This document shows, one piece after another, positions 16,868-19,214 of a stretch of 19,214 bases of DNA. The position numbers were made by a program, and so were the translations under genes. This DNA comes from Candidatus Thorarchaeota archaeon (GTDB taxonomy: Archaea > Asgardarchaeota > Thorarchaeia > Thorarchaeales > Thorarchaeaceae): the NCBI GenBank assembly GCA_011364985.1, contig RDOC01000013.1:1-19214 (forward strand), in the 5' to 3' direction. Within the stretch, counting starts at the first letter, position 1, and each line of letters opens with the position of its first letter. A model generated the notes under the pieces. It saw nothing but the letters and a program-made list of their open reading frames with translations. It was not told the DNA's origin and ran no database searches.

Positions 16868-17665
16868 TTGATGCTTGATTCGCATATACATTTACATTAT
16901 TTCAAGGATGACTTGAAAGAAGCATTGGCTGATATATCCACCAATCACCTTCTTGTAGCCGCAGTCACTTGTGATGTTCCTGAATACAAGCACACACTTG
17001 AGACTGCAGAGAAGTCTAATCGAGTGTTACCGGCTTTTGGAGTTCATCCACTCAAAGCAGCTGATTACAAGGACAGACTGGACTTGGTGAAAGAATATGC
17101 TGATGGAGCGCTCATGCTTGGTGAGATAGGATTGGACAGGATGCATATTGAAGACCCTTCACACTTTCCGATTCAAATTCGTCTGTTCGAAACGCTTCTA
17201 GAGTCAGCTCAAGACAATAATACAATAATGACAATTCATGTAGCTGGGGCAGAGAAAGAAACACTGGATATCCTTGATTCCTACTCGGTTTCAAAAGTAA
17301 TCATACACGATTACTACGGACCCATAGAGTTTGTGAATAAGGTCGTAGATCGAGGGTATTGCTACTCCTTCGATAGAAGCTATAGAGAAGAATATGCGTC
17401 TGAAATACCCAATTGGGAAGAAAGACGGAGAATTGCTTCCACTATCCCCGATGATCTTATGCTTACAGAAACCGATGGCCCTAACAAACCTCCCAGCAGG
17501 ACACCTTCCATTTCACTTCATGAAATAATTGAGAACCTTGCTATCCTGAGAAATACAACATTTGAAGAAATTCAGGACATAGTGAAATCCAACTTTCACA
17601 GGCTTGTACGTACTGATGCACGATTATCCACGTTCGAGAATCTGTTTCATATGTTTTCAGAATAG
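16868..17665 (+). CDS. tatD: TatD family metal-dependent nuclease/hydrolase
   Basis: DSHIHL, FGVHP, GEIGLD, IH, IIH and LTETDGP. Confidence 0.9.
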   Translation: MMLDSHIHLHYFKDDLKEALADISTNHLLVAAVTCDVPEYKHTLETAEKSNRVLPAFGVHPLKAADYKDRLDLVKEYADGALMLGEIGLDRMHIEDPSHFPIQIRLFETLLESAQDNNTIMTIHVAGAEKETLDILDSYSVSKVIIHDYYGPIEFVNKVVDRGYCYSFDRSYREEYASEIPNWEERRRIASTIPDDLMLTETDGPNKPPSRTPSISLHEIIENLAILRNTTFEEIQDIVKSNFHRLVRTDARLSTFENLFHMFSE

Positions 17666-17739
17666 AATACACAAATACGATAGAAATGGCCTGAGAAACG
17701 GTTTGTCTTAATCATTAAAAGAGTATCAGAGCGTCCCTT

Positions 17740-18074
17740 GGAAAGCTTTTTATTCGAATTCCGTGGGATTGGGTCTGCCTTCGCGCTCTAACGGTGTCAG
17801 GCTGGATGCTATCGGCGATTGCCAAGCGATGATGGTTGATTGATTTCCAAGCGCGAAAACAAGATGCGGACGTGAGATAGACCGACGCCTTTTGTGTCGG
17901 AATCCCCTCAGGTCTAAGAAATGCTCAGCAGTGTGCAGGTTATTTGGGTAAGTTCACCAACTATCCCCGTTAGCCTGTACTTCATCAAGCTAAGTTCATA
18001 GTGTGCTAAAGATCGTACATCAGACCTTTTACTACTCAGGTCTACCTTGCCAAAGGTGTATGATTTATGGTTCA
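17740..18074 (+). promoter_or_regulatory. rRNA promoter and structured 5' external transcribed leader
   Basis: BRE/TATA-like GGAAAGCTTTTTATT near 17740-17754. Stems TTCGCGCT/AGCGCGAA (17780/17850), CCGACGC/GTGTCGG, GTGCAGGTTA/TAGCCTGTAC and AGACCT/AGGTCT. Confidence 0.55.

Positions 18075-19214
<1,140 letters not shown>

Overview
Archaeal chromosomal window, very probably Asgard (Loki/Thor-like MBG-B signature CGCGGTAAAACCAGCTCT in the 16S gene; Thorarchaeia is my best guess, unverified). Most of it is housekeeping or metabolic: two Zn-dependent deacetylases (HDAC family), a URO-D-family protein, PolX-PHP, an alpha/beta hydrolase, pyrH, valS, tandem OsmC genes, a class I aldolase, a SAM methyltransferase, DUF302, TatD, tRNA-Ala(CGC) and the 5' part of a 16S rRNA gene. 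The unusual elements are not in the ORF track. (i) A promoter-driven, SD-coupled cassette of three 31-47 aa peptides (6015-6367), two of which share a C-terminal motif, lies behind a 13-bp-periodic operator. (ii) A tRNA-Leu(CAA) carries two BHB introns (37/38 and the T-loop position 58/59). (iii) The 16S gene has a 30-nt BHB mini-intron at E. coli position 908. (iv) A 7TM membrane protein and wHTH regulator pair has palindromic operators flanking a divergent, very short transcript. (v) A secreted-protein reading frame between the deacetylases is interrupted only by TAG codons.
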